Origin: Dudresnaya verticillata | Taxonomy: Eukaryota | Direction: 5' to 3' | DNA length: 64,000 nt | Assembly: GCA_977862235.1 (NCBI GenBank) | Contig: OZ374565.1 | Location: 1,116,001-1,180,000 of the forward strand | Shown here: positions 50,086 through 61,394 of the stretch, piece by piece | Numbering within the stretch: the stretch's first letter is position 1 | Layout of the letters: each line of letters begins with the position of its first letter | Notes under the pieces: generated by a model | Databases searched by the model: none | What the model was told of the DNA's origin: nothing | Seen by the model: only the letters and a program-made list of their open reading frames with translations | Position numbers and translations under genes: made by a program

Positions 50086-51162
50086 AGAAGGGTTGCTTGC
50101 TTGGGAGCAGGCAAGGTAGCAGGGCGTGGAGGGTTGAGTCTTGTCAAGTGCAAGTGAGACCACGTTTCTTTGTATGCGGCGGGCGAGCGTTGGCGGCGGC
50201 TGATCGGCGCACGCGACAGGCCAAAGATTTCGGCGGGCGGAGAGGCCATGGCACGGGAGTATCTGCGTTGGGGGAGCGCGGTATCGCGCTGGTGGAGGGG
50301 TAATGAGGCGCGCGGCGGGCTTGGATGGGTCTGCTTTCAAAGGTGAATGCAGGCGTGCTCGGTTGGCTTTCGCCGGTTAATGCAGCACTGGGCTTCCCTC
50401 CCGGCGACGATGGCGTCAGCATCGCGCGCGGAATACTGCATCTCGAAGCGTGCCTTGCGCGAAGACGGTGCCCTCCGCTCTGCGATTTTGTACGCCCCCG
50501 CGACGGGCCTTTGTAGAAACGCCGGAGACAAAATCGCTCTCGTGGCGGCGCGTAGTACGCCCGCAGATCCGGCGCAGATCCGGCGCAGATGCGGTGCAGT
50601 CGGAGAGGCTGACCAAGCGCCTCGCGCTCCGAGCACAAAGCATCTAAAGCCGCTGGGAGTCGAGGCCGCGGGATGGCTGCACGCCGCGCAGGCGAGGGCG
50701 GGCGCAAACGCGGGTCTCCGCCGCCGCCGCGGTGCGCGTCGCGCAGGGTCGGGGCGCGCGCGTCCCGGAGTGGAAGGGTGGTTGCGGCGGCGCACAACCG
50801 CGTTGCCCATATGTGAGGCGGGCGGCGTGGCAAGCGGCCAGCGCTTGCGCGCTGCCAACTCGGACTTTGCGCTCTGCGGCAGCAGAGCAGTAAGATACGT
50901 GAGGCGCTGACGTGTTGCGCTTCGAATCTGCTGAGGTGTGCCGTAGTAACTAACAATTACGCCGCGCGAGAACCAATTGGCAAATTGGTTTACCAATGCC
51001 GCAGCGCCTCTCTCAGCGGCCCCTCTGAGTCCGTCTGATCCCCTCCCGCCACCCGCCTCCCTCCTCGGTCGTCCCGCCACCGCCCTTAGCCGCAGCAACC
51101 CCCCCGCGCCCCGCGCGACCAGCCCCCCACCGCCCCGCCGCCGCCCTCCCCCCCTCCCCACG

Positions 51163-52632
51163 ATGGACGCGTCCGCGGCCGCGCAGGACTCGCTGCTGCC
51201 GCACAAGCCGCGCGCGTCGGCGTACGGCGCGGCCGGCGGCGCGGCATCGCCGGCGCAGCTGCCGGCGCGCCGCCGCTCGGACCTGCCGTTCGCGCCGCCG
51301 CCGCCGCTCTCCGCGCTGCAGTCGCGCCCGTCCGACCCGGGCGCGCCGCGCGCGCGCCGCGCGTCCTCGCTGTCCGACCTGGGGCTGTCGCTGTGCGGCG
51401 GCCAGCTCACGCAGATGCGCGACGGGCTGTCGCTGGGGCTGGACGGGTATTCGTCGTGGCTCAACTTGCTGCTGCTGTTCGTGCCGCTCGGCATTGCGGC
51501 GGCCGTGCTGCGCTTGTCGCCCGCGCTGGTGTTTGTGTGCAACTTTGTGGGCATGGTGCCGCTGGCGATGCTGCTTGGGAAGGCCACCGAGGACATTGCC
51601 GCGCACACCAACGAGACGATGGGCGCTTTGGTTAACGTCACGTTTGGAAACGCCGTTGAGCTCATTCTGTGCATTGCCGCGCTGCGCTCGGGGCGGATGG
51701 CGCTTATTCAGAACACCATTGCGGGGTCGGTGCTGAGCAACCTGTTGCTTGTGCTCGGCTCCGCCTTTTTCTTTGGTGGTCTGCGCTACCGCGAGCAGAT
51801 CGTCCTGCCGGCCGTCAGCGAGGCCAACGCAGACCTGCTCTCGTTTGCCGTCTTCGGCTTTTCCATCCCGGCCCTGTTTGCCATGGCCATGGCCGAAAGC
51901 CCCGACAAGGTCGTCGCAGAGGAGCGCATGAGCCTCGTCACCAGCGTGTGCCTGCTCGTCATCTACGCCATGTATCTGTTCTTCCAGTTGTACACGCACG
52001 CGGAGCTGTACCAAGGGAACGGTGCAGGCGCCGGTGCCGGCGCCGCCGGCGCCGCCGCCGGCCAGCTGGACCTGGACAGCGACGCCGCGGCGGAGGCCGG
52101 GCTGAGCGGCGACGCGCTGCTGATGCTGGACGCCGCGGCCGGCGGCGTCGTCGAGCCGGACGAGCCCGTGGCCAGCCTGCCCGTGGCCACGGCCATCCTG
52201 GTCGGCATGGTGGTGCTGGTGGCCGTGTCGTCCGAGCTGCTGGTGGCCAGCATTGACGGCTTTTCCGAGCACGTCGGGCTGGGCCACAAGTTCATTGCGG
52301 TCGTGCTGCTGCCCGTGGTCGGCAACGCCGTCGAGCACATGTCGGCCATTCTCGTCGCGCGCCACAACAAGATCGACCTGAGCATCGGCATTGCGTGCGG
52401 GAGCTCGGTGCAGATTGCGCTGTTTGCCGCGCCGGCGCTGGTTGTGCTCAGCTGGGTTGGACGGTACGAGCACCTGACGCTGCACTTTGAGCTGTTTGAG
52501 ACGATCTGTCTCGGCTTTTCCGTCTTTGTGGTCAACGCCACGCTGCGCGACTCGAGGTCGAACTGGCTCGAGGGCGCCGTGCTTGTCATGTGCTACTTTA
52601 TTCTTGCGGCGGCCTTCTACTTCATGGACTGA
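51163..52632 (+). CDS. CAX: Ca2+/H+ exchanger (CAX family)
   Basis: Alpha-repeats NVTFGNAVEL and LPVVGNAVEH; GSVLSNLLLVLG, LFFQLYTH, GSSVQIALF, SNWLEG. Confidence 0.95.
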   Translation: MDASAAAQDSLLPHKPRASAYGAAGGAASPAQLPARRRSDLPFAPPPPLSALQSRPSDPGAPRARRASSLSDLGLSLCGGQLTQMRDGLSLGLDGYSSWLNLLLLFVPLGIAAAVLRLSPALVFVCNFVGMVPLAMLLGKATEDIAAHTNETMGALVNVTFGNAVELILCIAALRSGRMALIQNTIAGSVLSNLLLVLGSAFFFGGLRYREQIVLPAVSEANADLLSFAVFGFSIPALFAMAMAESPDKVVAEERMSLVTSVCLLVIYAMYLFFQLYTHAELYQGNGAGAGAGAAGAAAGQLDLDSDAAAEAGLSGDALLMLDAAAGGVVEPDEPVASLPVATAILVGMVVLVAVSSELLVASIDGFSEHVGLGHKFIAVVLLPVVGNAVEHMSAILVARHNKIDLSIGIACGSSVQIALFAAPALVVLSWVGRYEHLTLHFELFETICLGFSVFVVNATLRDSRSNWLEGAVLVMCYFILAAAFYFMD

Positions 52633-52985
52633 GGCCACGGGTTATAGCTTTATGTATGTTATTCGGCGCGGCTGTAAAGTTTTGGGTATGCCGCCGGTGT
52701 TGTTGTGCTTGACGCGTCAAGCGCCTTACCGGTAGGAACGCTATTGCCGCCATTGCAATGCAATGGCACTACTTGTACGATAGATGGTACCATCGCGTCG
52801 TCACGCCATGCCGCGTGGCTCCAACCTCTCTATATCTAAATTGACTCTGTCTATCAGAGCATTGAAAAAACCCGACGAGAGTGATCCTTCACCGCGCTTG
52901 CGACGCCAACTCCAACAAACAAACAAGCCGAGCCCCGCCGCTCCGCTCCGCTCCGCTCCGCATCAACATCAACCCCGCGCCGCGC

Positions 52986-54224
52986 ATGAACGCCGCCGCG
53001 CGCCGCCACATCGTGCGCGCGCTGTCGCAAGTGCGCGCGCCATCGTCGCCGTCCGACGCGCGCATCCACCTGGCGCTGTCGGGCGGCGTCGACTCGTCCG
53101 TGGCCGGCTTCCTGCTGCGCGAGCGCGGGTGGGACGTGCACCCCGTGGTCATGCGGTGCTGGGACGCCGACGCGCTGGACGACGCGCACGCGTCGCCGTG
53201 CCACGACGCAGACGTCCGCGCCGCGGCCGCGGCCGCCGCCGCGCTCGCGCTGCCGCGCCCGCTCCGCACGCTCGACCTCGCGCGCCACTACTGGACCGAC
53301 GTCTTCGACGCCGTCTACCTCGCCGGCCTGCGCGCCGGCGCCACGCCCAACCCGGACCTGGCGTGCAACCGCCACATCAAGTTTGGCGCCTTCCCGGCGC
53401 GTCTCTGCTCGGCGCGCTTCGCCACGGGGCACTACGCCCGCCTCGGCGCGCCCCCGCCGCCCGCCGGCCACCCCGGCGTGCCGCAGCTGCTCGCCGCCGC
53501 GGACGCGCGCAAGGACCAGTCGTACTTCCTCGCGTCCGTGCCGGCGCGCGCGCTCGCGCGCGCAGTGTTCCCGCTGGGGCACCTGCGCAAGCGCGACGTG
53601 CGCGCCATCGCGCGCGCGCTCGGGCTCCCCGCCGCGCACGCGCGCTCGTCGCGCGGGCTGTGCTTTGTGGGCAAGCGGCGCGTGCCGGCGCTGCTGGCGC
53701 GCTACCTGCCCGACTCGGCGCGCGGCCACCTCGTGCACGCGCAGTCCGGGGCCGTGCTCGCGGCGCTGCCGCACCCCGCGTACGCGTACACCACCGGGCA
53801 GCGCGCGAGGATCGGCGGGGTCGGCGGCGGCGGCGCGTACTATGTTGTGGCGCGCGTGGGGCATGACGTGGCCGTGGTGCAGGGCGCGGCGCACCGGCTG
53901 CTGCTTGCGGATGGGGTGGTGTGCGACAGCGTTGACTGGGTGGGCGGGGCTGCGCCTGACAAGGTGCGAGGTGGGGCCGAGTTGGAGTACAAGGCGTACT
54001 CGAGCGCGGAGAGGAAGAAGTGTTGGGTGCGGCAGGAGGGGGATGGAGTGCGCGTGAGGTTTGGCGGGGCCGAGAAGAGAGTGGCGACGGGGCAGGCCGT
54101 CGTGCTCTACGACGGCGACGTGTGCCTTGGGGCGGCTTGGCCGAGAGCGGAGCGTTTTGTGGTCGGGGCTGGCTTTGTCTTTGACGGGGATGAAAGCGCG
54201 CACCAGGGCGCGGTGGAGGGGTGA
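52986..54224 (+). CDS. mnmA: tRNA-specific 2-thiouridylase MnmA/TRMU (probably organellar)
   Basis: SGGVDS, TPNPDLACNRHIKFG, ATGHYAR, KDQSYFL, GLCF, GQAVVLYD. Confidence 0.95.
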   Translation: MNAAARRHIVRALSQVRAPSSPSDARIHLALSGGVDSSVAGFLLRERGWDVHPVVMRCWDADALDDAHASPCHDADVRAAAAAAAALALPRPLRTLDLARHYWTDVFDAVYLAGLRAGATPNPDLACNRHIKFGAFPARLCSARFATGHYARLGAPPPPAGHPGVPQLLAAADARKDQSYFLASVPARALARAVFPLGHLRKRDVRAIARALGLPAAHARSSRGLCFVGKRRVPALLARYLPDSARGHLVHAQSGAVLAALPHPAYAYTTGQRARIGGVGGGGAYYVVARVGHDVAVVQGAAHRLLLADGVVCDSVDWVGGAAPDKVRGGAELEYKAYSSAERKKCWVRQEGDGVRVRFGGAEKRVATGQAVVLYDGDVCLGAAWPRAERFVVGAGFVFDGDESAHQGAVEG

Positions 54225-54681
54225 GCAGTGGGGCGGCTCGACCGCGTCGAGGTTGCTAAGGGAGAAAGTGTCTGTACGACGTGGAGCCGGCAATTGTCGT
54301 GCCACCACCGCGTCGGACCGCACCACGACAGTGGCAAGCGCTGCGCGCGCACAAGCACAACGCGCGAGCCGTCACGGCGGACGCGGGAGCTTCGGGAGAG
54401 CTGTGAGAAGTCAAAAGGCAATGGCATGGGCCCAGTGGGCTCTCGCTCTCTCTCTCTCCAAACTTGCATGAGAAGTCGAAGCCGCTCCCGGTCGCAGAGT
54501 TGCCATCTCCTCGAGAGTCGAGCGTTGGTTGCGCGCGTTATACTGCAGAGAAGGTGGTCTTGGCGTGTGGCCATGCCCCGCCGCCTCCACGGCAGCGCTG
54601 AGATCGACGTGAGGTCAAGTCGGCCACTGCCTGCGGCACGGCACGCGCGCGCAACGCTTCGCGCAACGCCCAGTCGCACTT

Positions 54682-54693
54682 TTTGGCGCCAAA
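54682..54693. promoter_or_regulatory. Palindromic E2F-type site TTTGGCGCCAAA
   Basis: Perfect 12-bp palindrome matching TTTSSCGC on both strands, about 110 bp upstream of ATG 54804. Confidence 0.6.
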
Positions 54694-54803
54694 TGGCGAA
54701 CATTACGCCCACCGCGCGCCTCCGTCCCTCCCCCCACACGCCTCCACCTTCCCCGCGGCGCGACGCCGCGACGCCTCCCCCCCCGCCGCATCCCCCGCCC
54801 GCC

Positions 54804-56768
54804 ATGCCGTCCCTCGCAGTCATCCGCATCGGCGCGACGCCCCTCCCGCCCACGCCCGCCCCAACCTTCGAGCTGAGCGCGCCGACCCCGTTCACAACCG
54901 CCGCGACGCTTCGCACGTGGCAGCGCCACCCGTCCACGCCGCTGCCACGCGCGGGCGCGCCCGGCCTGCACGCCGCGCTCGCCGCGCTCGCGCCGCACCA
55001 CATCCTCGTCGTCTCCGCGCCCACCGCGCCCGCGGCGCTCCCCGCCGCGGCGCGCGTCGCCGCGCACCACGCCGCCACCGCGCTGCGCGCGCTGCGCCGG
55101 CGCGGCGCCGCGCCGCCGCGCGTGTCGCTGCTGCTCGCGGCCGCGCCGCGCGCGGCCGCGCGGCGCGACCTGCGCGCGCTGTTCGCGGCCGACGCCGTGC
55201 TGCACGGCGCCGCGGCGCGCCTGGCCTACCCGGCCGCGCGCGCGCCGCGCGTGTGGCGCGGCGCGCTGCAGCCGCGCCGCGCGCGCGCCCTGCGCGGCTT
55301 TGCGCTGCGCGGCCGCGCGCCCGCCGCGCTGCGCGCCGCGCTGCGCGCCGCCGTCGCGCGCGTGGTGCACGTCGCCGCGGGGCTCCCGGCGCTCGGCGCG
55401 TGCGTGCCCGCGCGCGCGGCGCTGTCGCTTGCGCTGGAGCCGGACGCGCCGCGCGACGCGGCCGCGTTTTGCAATGAGTGGTGCCGCAGCGGAGAGGGCT
55501 GTCTGCTGGTCATCGCCCACGTGCATCTGTGGTGCTTCTGGACTGGCGGCGTGTGCCGCGCGCTCGAGCTGCCGCCGCTGCATGTCGAGCTTGTGCGCGG
55601 CCTGTGCCAGGGTGCCGTCGGGGTGCCCCGCGCGCGCGCGCTGCCGGGTGTCAGCGGTTTGGCAGAGGCCCTCAAGGGCCTCCCGCTTGTGCGGTTGGCG
55701 GAGCTGCTGCCGGAGGAGGTGGCGCACATGCCCGGCCTGTCGGAAGAGTGGACGCCCAATGCCGAGGCGCGGCAGAGGAAGCGGCAGCGCGTGTGCTTGT
55801 CCATGCTCAACTACTCGCCGGAGAGCTTGGACGAAATCTCCCGTGCGGACCGTCAATTGCTCAAGAAGCAGGGTTTGGGTAAACAGCCGGTCAAGGCGGC
55901 AGCAGGAAGAAGGGCTGATGAGCAGGATTGTGCAGCAATCAAGAAAAGCGCTTTGCCAGACGTGACCAAAAGGTTAGGCTCGGTCGAGTCTGACAGCGAC
56001 GGCGTCTCCTGTCGAACTTTTAACACCAACGCGTTGTCGCAAAACTCTCGGGGAGCACGATTATCGAATGGGGATAGACGGCGCATGCGGTTTGACAGGC
56101 TCAAGTCGCAAGGGGTCAGAAAACGCCGCGTCCGAGATGACCAAGTACGCGGTGGTGTTCAGAAGAGGGTATCTGCGCGTAGCATAGATGGCCATGGAAA
56201 TCTCTTGCGGCGGTCAACATCGGCGAGTATGCGTGACTTTGCCCAAAAGAGCCATTCAGTCTTGAAAGAGCTGGAGGCGAGCGAGCCGTTCTATGACTAC
56301 AGCTGCGGGACGCGCGACGACGAAGGCCATGGACTTGCAGCTCGCATGTCTTCAAGTTGCATTGGGAAGGCGCAAGCTCGCCGGAGCAGTGCGGGCCTGT
56401 TTGAAAACAAGGTACGCTGTGGGGACGCATTTCCTGACAAGTCGACGCATGGCGTTGAGTTTGCTTCGGAAGATGGCGGAAGGGATGAGAAGATTGTTGA
56501 GGTAGAAGGGTTGATCTCACAGTCTGGGCTAGAGTACGCTAAGCCGCGGCTCCGGAGCAACGCCAACATTTACTCCAAGCTGACCGTGGCTACGGAGATG
56601 CTGCTCGACGGGCAGTCAAAGCCCGAACGCAAGCACGTGAGTAGGCGTCTTTTCGCTGCCCCCTCTCCGCAAGAGAGGCCTTCGCGCAAGCGCGAACGCG
56701 AGCCGTTGCGCCGCTCACCGCTGTCGGCCGATTTTTCTCTTGTTCGGATGGCGAACCCCCTGCGATGA
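54804..56768 (+). CDS. Hypothetical protein, probably nuclear
   Basis: 654-aa ORF; Ala/Arg-rich N-half; basic disordered C-half with NLS-like clusters and RRLF and SP sites. Confidence 0.7.
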   Translation: MPSLAVIRIGATPLPPTPAPTFELSAPTPFTTAATLRTWQRHPSTPLPRAGAPGLHAALAALAPHHILVVSAPTAPAALPAAARVAAHHAATALRALRRRGAAPPRVSLLLAAAPRAAARRDLRALFAADAVLHGAAARLAYPAARAPRVWRGALQPRRARALRGFALRGRAPAALRAALRAAVARVVHVAAGLPALGACVPARAALSLALEPDAPRDAAAFCNEWCRSGEGCLLVIAHVHLWCFWTGGVCRALELPPLHVELVRGLCQGAVGVPRARALPGVSGLAEALKGLPLVRLAELLPEEVAHMPGLSEEWTPNAEARQRKRQRVCLSMLNYSPESLDEISRADRQLLKKQGLGKQPVKAAAGRRADEQDCAAIKKSALPDVTKRLGSVESDSDGVSCRTFNTNALSQNSRGARLSNGDRRRMRFDRLKSQGVRKRRVRDDQVRGGVQKRVSARSIDGHGNLLRRSTSASMRDFAQKSHSVLKELEASEPFYDYSCGTRDDEGHGLAARMSSSCIGKAQARRSSAGLFENKVRCGDAFPDKSTHGVEFASEDGGRDEKIVEVEGLISQSGLEYAKPRLRSNANIYSKLTVATEMLLDGQSKPERKHVSRRLFAAPSPQERPSRKREREPLRRSPLSADFSLVRMANPLR

Positions 56769-57184
56769 AAGAGGATGCTCATGTACGGTGTAGAGAAGAA
56801 TGGACATCGCGGATAAGGGTGCTGCTGTGCCGCACGCCCTCACAATGTGGGCAATGATGCACTCCGTGATAAACGTGAAAGCGCCCATGTTGCTTGCATA
56901 TCTGCTTGTTAGCATAGGTCCTATTACATACATAGGCATTAACACCATATATAAATAACAAACAAGGCCTTGTCGGAAAGCGATGTCACGACATATCGCT
57001 GTTTCTCAAGTGGAAGCTTTACAAGAGTCACAATAATAATGATGATGGACGCGCCATCATCGTCGTACAAGCATGGATGTTGGGCTTCGGTCTCCCATGG
57101 ACTTGAGATCGGATCAACTTTGGTTTTGACCTGTTCTGCACTTCGTCCTGCCACCTGACCTCATGTCCGCTACACAGCCGTACC

Positions 57185-58270
57185 TTACTCGCTTTCCTCA
57201 TTCTGTCCAGAGCTGCTAGCTCCATGCTCGTCACGCTCTCCGCTATGAAACACGGTGCTACTAGTTCTACGCGCCATATGTGCACTGGACAGGAATGCCA
57301 ATATACTCAAGTTGGCATCTTGCGTCGCCGTAGACACAGTGCCGTCCTCCGCCGAGGCGATCGGCATCTGGCCGCCAAACTCACCGCTTAGCTCGCTTTC
57401 GGCTAACTCCTTACTTTCCAGGATACCACCCCTCTGCTCGTCAGTCAAGCCGCTACCTTGCCCAATAGCGTTCTCATACGCCCCTATGCCGAGCCTGAGC
57501 TTACCACTTCGACACAAGGCGGTCCCCAAATTCCAAAGTGTCACGCCGTCGTTTGGAACAAGCGCGAGTAACTCTTCGCAAACTTCATCTTCTCGCGTAT
57601 GCTGTTCGTCGTGCATTCCCTCAGCAATAAATCGCAATATCTTGAGCTTCCTGTCCCAGCTTTCCAGATCCTCCTCCGCTGCGGGTGACGACTCTATCTT
57701 TTTCGCCATGTCCAACGCTGCTGCCAGCTTACCTCTGTTGTATAGAGTGCAGGCGAGCGAGTAGCGAAAGGAGTTGATTTCTTTGCTGTTTTGTGCCTCA
57801 GCGTCTGGCAACAGAGCAAGCCAATACTGCTCAGCAGCAGCATAGTCGCCACAATGATAAGCACTTACCGCGGTCATAACACACAGCTCCAGAGGAGCAT
57901 CAGTTTCGTACAGCTGGAGCAGGAGGATGCTGATGTCCCAGGCAGCTCGAAAAGATTTCTCTTCGAAGACGCGGCATAGAGATTGGAATATGGCCTTCAA
58001 TACCCTCTTGAATGCGGAGGAATTTCTTTGAGGCAAAGCTGAAGGCCTCAAGTTGCTTCGCCTGTATGCTCGGATTCCAGTTGTAGTAGTAGCATCGAAT
58101 AAGACGCAAACGCGTAGCATTGGATCTTGTGCATTGGCTTGCGTTGGGGTGGTCACGATTATTCCTTGTCGGCCGTTAAATCGCTGCTCGGGAAGAGTAG
58201 TGAAGCCGTGGAGAAGCACAAACGTGGACGGGGCAAGCATATCTGCCATTGGGACAGGCAGATCTTCCAT
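57185..58270 (-). CDS. TPR-like helical-repeat protein
   Basis: AYHCGDYAAAEQYW, YSLACTLYNRGKLAAA, LWNLGTALCRSGKLRLGIGAYENAI. Confidence 0.75.
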   Translation of the reverse strand: MEDLPVPMADMLAPSTFVLLHGFTTLPEQRFNGRQGIIVTTPTQANAQDPMLRVCVLFDATTTTGIRAYRRSNLRPSALPQRNSSAFKRVLKAIFQSLCRVFEEKSFRAAWDISILLLQLYETDAPLELCVMTAVSAYHCGDYAAAEQYWLALLPDAEAQNSKEINSFRYSLACTLYNRGKLAAALDMAKKIESSPAAEEDLESWDRKLKILRFIAEGMHDEQHTREDEVCEELLALVPNDGVTLWNLGTALCRSGKLRLGIGAYENAIGQGSGLTDEQRGGILESKELAESELSGEFGGQMPIASAEDGTVSTATQDANLSILAFLSSAHMARRTSSTVFHSGERDEHGASSSGQNEESE

Positions 58271-58836
58271 TGGGACTGGCAGAGTAAGCCACTTTAGTTG
58301 AACTGGTTGCTCTGATGGCAAAGGATTGGGGTGTGTTGTTCTGAGCTCAGCGAGAATATATATGGACATATACAGATACAGATACTGTATATGGTACTCT
58401 ATGCTTTGTCACATTCAAAATCGAAGTCGGTGGCGGTCTCGTTATAGTGACGACGAGAGAACATTGAGGATAGAATTCGGACTCGGCACAAGTCTTGCTA
58501 ATGGAACTGTGAGCTAAGTATGGAGAGTCTACGTCACTTGCTTTGCGTGCGATACGATAACTTTTTTGTTGTGTTGTATCGAATCGACATGGGATGTTCT
58601 GTAGCACGCCAGAATTTGAGTTATGGAGACTCCCGCCCAGTCGCAGTGTTTCGTCAATGACCAACAAGGTCGAACGGTACGTTGCTATGCGGTACGCGAT
58701 CGATATTGCAGTCTGAACGCGGCGATACCGTTCGTAAGAAGGTAGCGGACGCAACAAAGCGCGCAATTCAGAAAGATGATGCGTTAAAATACAGTATCGC
58801 CTTTTCCGCCATTCGACTCTCGCCACCCCTCTCCGC

Positions 58837-58880
58837 ACGCCAACCCCAACGCCAACCCCAACGCCAACCCCAACGCCACC
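58837..58880. repeat. 12-bp tandem repeat (cgccaaccccaa) upstream of Med8
   Basis: About 3.5 units read directly. Confidence 0.8.
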
Positions 58881-58920
58881 CACACTTCCCCACCCGGTCA
58901 CGGCCGATCGCGCGCCCATC

Positions 58921-59496
58921 ATGCAACCGGCGACGTCCGGCACAACCAAGGTCGACTCCGCGCTGGTCAATCTGCGCGCGAGGGGGCTGGAGGTGCACGC
59001 GCGGCTGCAGGAGCTGCGCGACATGGCGTGCATGATGCGCGACGGCGTCGGCGACGGCCGCTCCGCAAGCTGGGCGCACTTCCTGGACAAGTACGACACG
59101 CTCAGCAAGCTCTACATGCAGCTCACGGACGAGCTCGACCGCGCGCTCACCGACGCTGGGCTGCAGAGCCTGGTCGCGCTGCCGCGCGCGCTCACGGATG
59201 TCCCTACTGAGCTCCCGGAGCTGCTGCGGACCAAGCTCGACCAGGATGTTGAGCGCGAGCTTCAGGAACATGAGAAGACTGCGTTTGAAGAGAAGCAGGC
59301 TGTCAAGAACGTCGCGCCTGTGCAGATGCGCGTCACAGCGTTTAACGACTTTGTCGACAATGCTCTCGATCAGTACCAAGACCTGCGCGAAAAGCTTGCT
59401 ACCCCGAGGCCCCCGGATATCCAGCGCCCGCCTACCCCAACTTCTGCTTCAATTGTGCTTGCTGCAATTACGAATGGCACCGGTTTGAGAGAATAA
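58921..59496 (+). CDS. MED8: Mediator subunit Med8
   Basis: SWAHFLDKYDTLS and LPELLRTKLDQDVE match the Med8 pattern; 191 aa. Confidence 0.8.
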   Translation: MQPATSGTTKVDSALVNLRARGLEVHARLQELRDMACMMRDGVGDGRSASWAHFLDKYDTLSKLYMQLTDELDRALTDAGLQSLVALPRALTDVPTELPELLRTKLDQDVERELQEHEKTAFEEKQAVKNVAPVQMRVTAFNDFVDNALDQYQDLREKLATPRPPDIQRPPTPTSASIVLAAITNGTGLRE

Positions 59497-59978
59497 GCTT
59501 GGCCCTCATTGCGTCGCGCCTTGTACGTGGAATCGTTGCCCAATACTGGCTCAAGTCGGCTGAAGATGCAAGGGGATTGTGAGTCCCCAGCAGCCTTATG
59601 AATTCAAGCTGTTCCGGACCGGATGCCATACTTGCTATTTCTTGCTGCTGTTGGATACTAACTCGTGGGCCCGTTGTTTCGCTCTTGTCCACATGGTTTG
59701 CTGTATTACAGAGTAAGGTTGTAAGCTATAGCGATGGAGTCGGGGCTCGTTGCCCTTTTCTCTCGCCGTAGGTGTTTCTCTGTTTTGGCCCAAACTGCGA
59801 GCGTCTGGCGAGACCTTGGTTTGGACGACAGCGTACAGTTTTGGACGTTGCGGGGTGCTTGCGAACTGTACCGCTTCGAAGCCGCGCTTTGGCTTGAAGA
59901 GGGCTACGGCAAGGCTAGCAGTGTTTGCGTCTCGCAGTTTGAAGAAGGCGCAAAAGAAGGAAGGGCGCTCGCTCGATC

Positions 59979-60851
59979 ATGGGGCCGTCAGGCCGGAGCA
60001 CGATAGTGCGGATGTTGGCGTCGGTTACATGCATGGCACTGGTGTTGTGCACGGTGCAGGGTCAAGTGGAGTGCGACGTGACCAAGCGGATTAACGAAGG
60101 CAAGTTTGTGTCGGCGTTCCGCAACGCCTACTTGGACATGTTCGACGGCAACCGCGGCAACGACCTGAGGAAGGAAGCGAAGAGGGCGTACGACCGCGCG
60201 GACTTTGGCATTGTGAACAACCGCGGCGAAACGTGCAAGAAGCGCTACGAGTACACACTGGAGCTGTGCCTGGCGTGCACGCGGCGCCTCGGATGGCGCG
60301 TCCCCGCGAAAATGTTCAACGGGCGCAAGGGCCGACAGCGCAGGTTCATCAACGACTTTCGACGGCGCGCGTGCGAGGACAAGGACGCTTGCGTGCGGAA
60401 GCCGAGGCCGTCGCCGTCGCCGATTCCCGGGCCGTATGTTAAGATTGTGTCGTCTGACGAGAGCGTGTCGGATGTTGTTTCGTACCGCTTTGCGCTGGTG
60501 TCTGAGTCGAGTGAGGACGAGTTTGGGCAGCAGTACTACTCTACGCGCCTGTTCTACTCTGTGGAGGACATGGTTACTGGGTTCGGGGCATTCGGCGACA
60601 CGATAATTGAGACGCGGTCCGATGAGCTGGACGTGGAGTTCTTCGAGTGCGCTTCGAACATGCTCGACAGGGCTGGGCTCGGGGATTTGGCGGCCGCTGC
60701 CGTTCGCGAGACGTGCTATGATGCGAGCTCTGGATCCAACTTTAACAATCGGTGTGCCAACGAACGGCTCTCGCACGAAATCTGCGACGGGCTGCGAGTA
60801 CGCAACTGTGCTCCGATCGGGGATTCGCTCAACTCGCAGTGTGTGCTTTAG
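59979..60851 (+). CDS. Secreted Cys-containing two-domain protein
   Basis: Signal peptide ending VLCTVQG; basic domain, PRPSPSPIPGP linker, acidic Cys domain. Confidence 0.8.
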   Translation: MGPSGRSTIVRMLASVTCMALVLCTVQGQVECDVTKRINEGKFVSAFRNAYLDMFDGNRGNDLRKEAKRAYDRADFGIVNNRGETCKKRYEYTLELCLACTRRLGWRVPAKMFNGRKGRQRRFINDFRRRACEDKDACVRKPRPSPSPIPGPYVKIVSSDESVSDVVSYRFALVSESSEDEFGQQYYSTRLFYSVEDMVTGFGAFGDTIIETRSDELDVEFFECASNMLDRAGLGDLAAAAVRETCYDASSGSNFNNRCANERLSHEICDGLRVRNCAPIGDSLNSQCVL

Positions 60852-61335
60852 TAGGCCTTATATATAGGTGTTGTTGTAGTTGTGCAAGATAAAGCAATTG
60901 TTCGGTAGAGGTTGTGCAAGCAAGCGCGACGCTGGAAAGAGGGTTGAATGTTTGTGAAGACTTGCGCAGACTGCGTCCGTGATTAGGGACGGGGAGCTTG
61001 GCGGAAGCGTCTGCAACGGCACACGGACTGGGGCGGGGGCGGGGGCGGGTAGCGGTTGAGCCCCATGGACGTGGACGGCGAGGCGGGACGGATTGCATCA
61101 CCGTTGAGTGCGCGGAGAAAACAGCACGTTGGCGGTGGCACATGTTTGTTTGAGCAATGGCGAAAAACGGCGAAAATTGCGCAGCACCGCGACAACATTC
61201 ACATCAGCACACGCCGCCCCAAAGTGTCCCAAACAGCCCTCCAGAGCGCCTCCCTCTTCACAGAACCGCTTCCAAAGCGCCCGCCGCTGCCGAGTCCCAT
61301 CTCATCTCGCACCTCGCACGCAACGCGCACACCAC

Positions 61336-61381
61336 AAACAACAGCAACAACAACAACAACAACAGCAACAACAACAGCAAC
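61336..61381. repeat. (CAA)n microsatellite in a 5' leader
   Basis: aacaacagcaacaacaac... just upstream of ATG 61395. Confidence 0.85.
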
Positions 61382-61394
61382 GCCCCGCTCCACC

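Noticed and set aside
50337..55965. Many long antisense or alternate-frame ORFs over CAX, mnmA and the 54804 gene
   Set aside because: Expected shadows of very high GC content; Arg/Ala/Pro-rich with no recognisable motifs.
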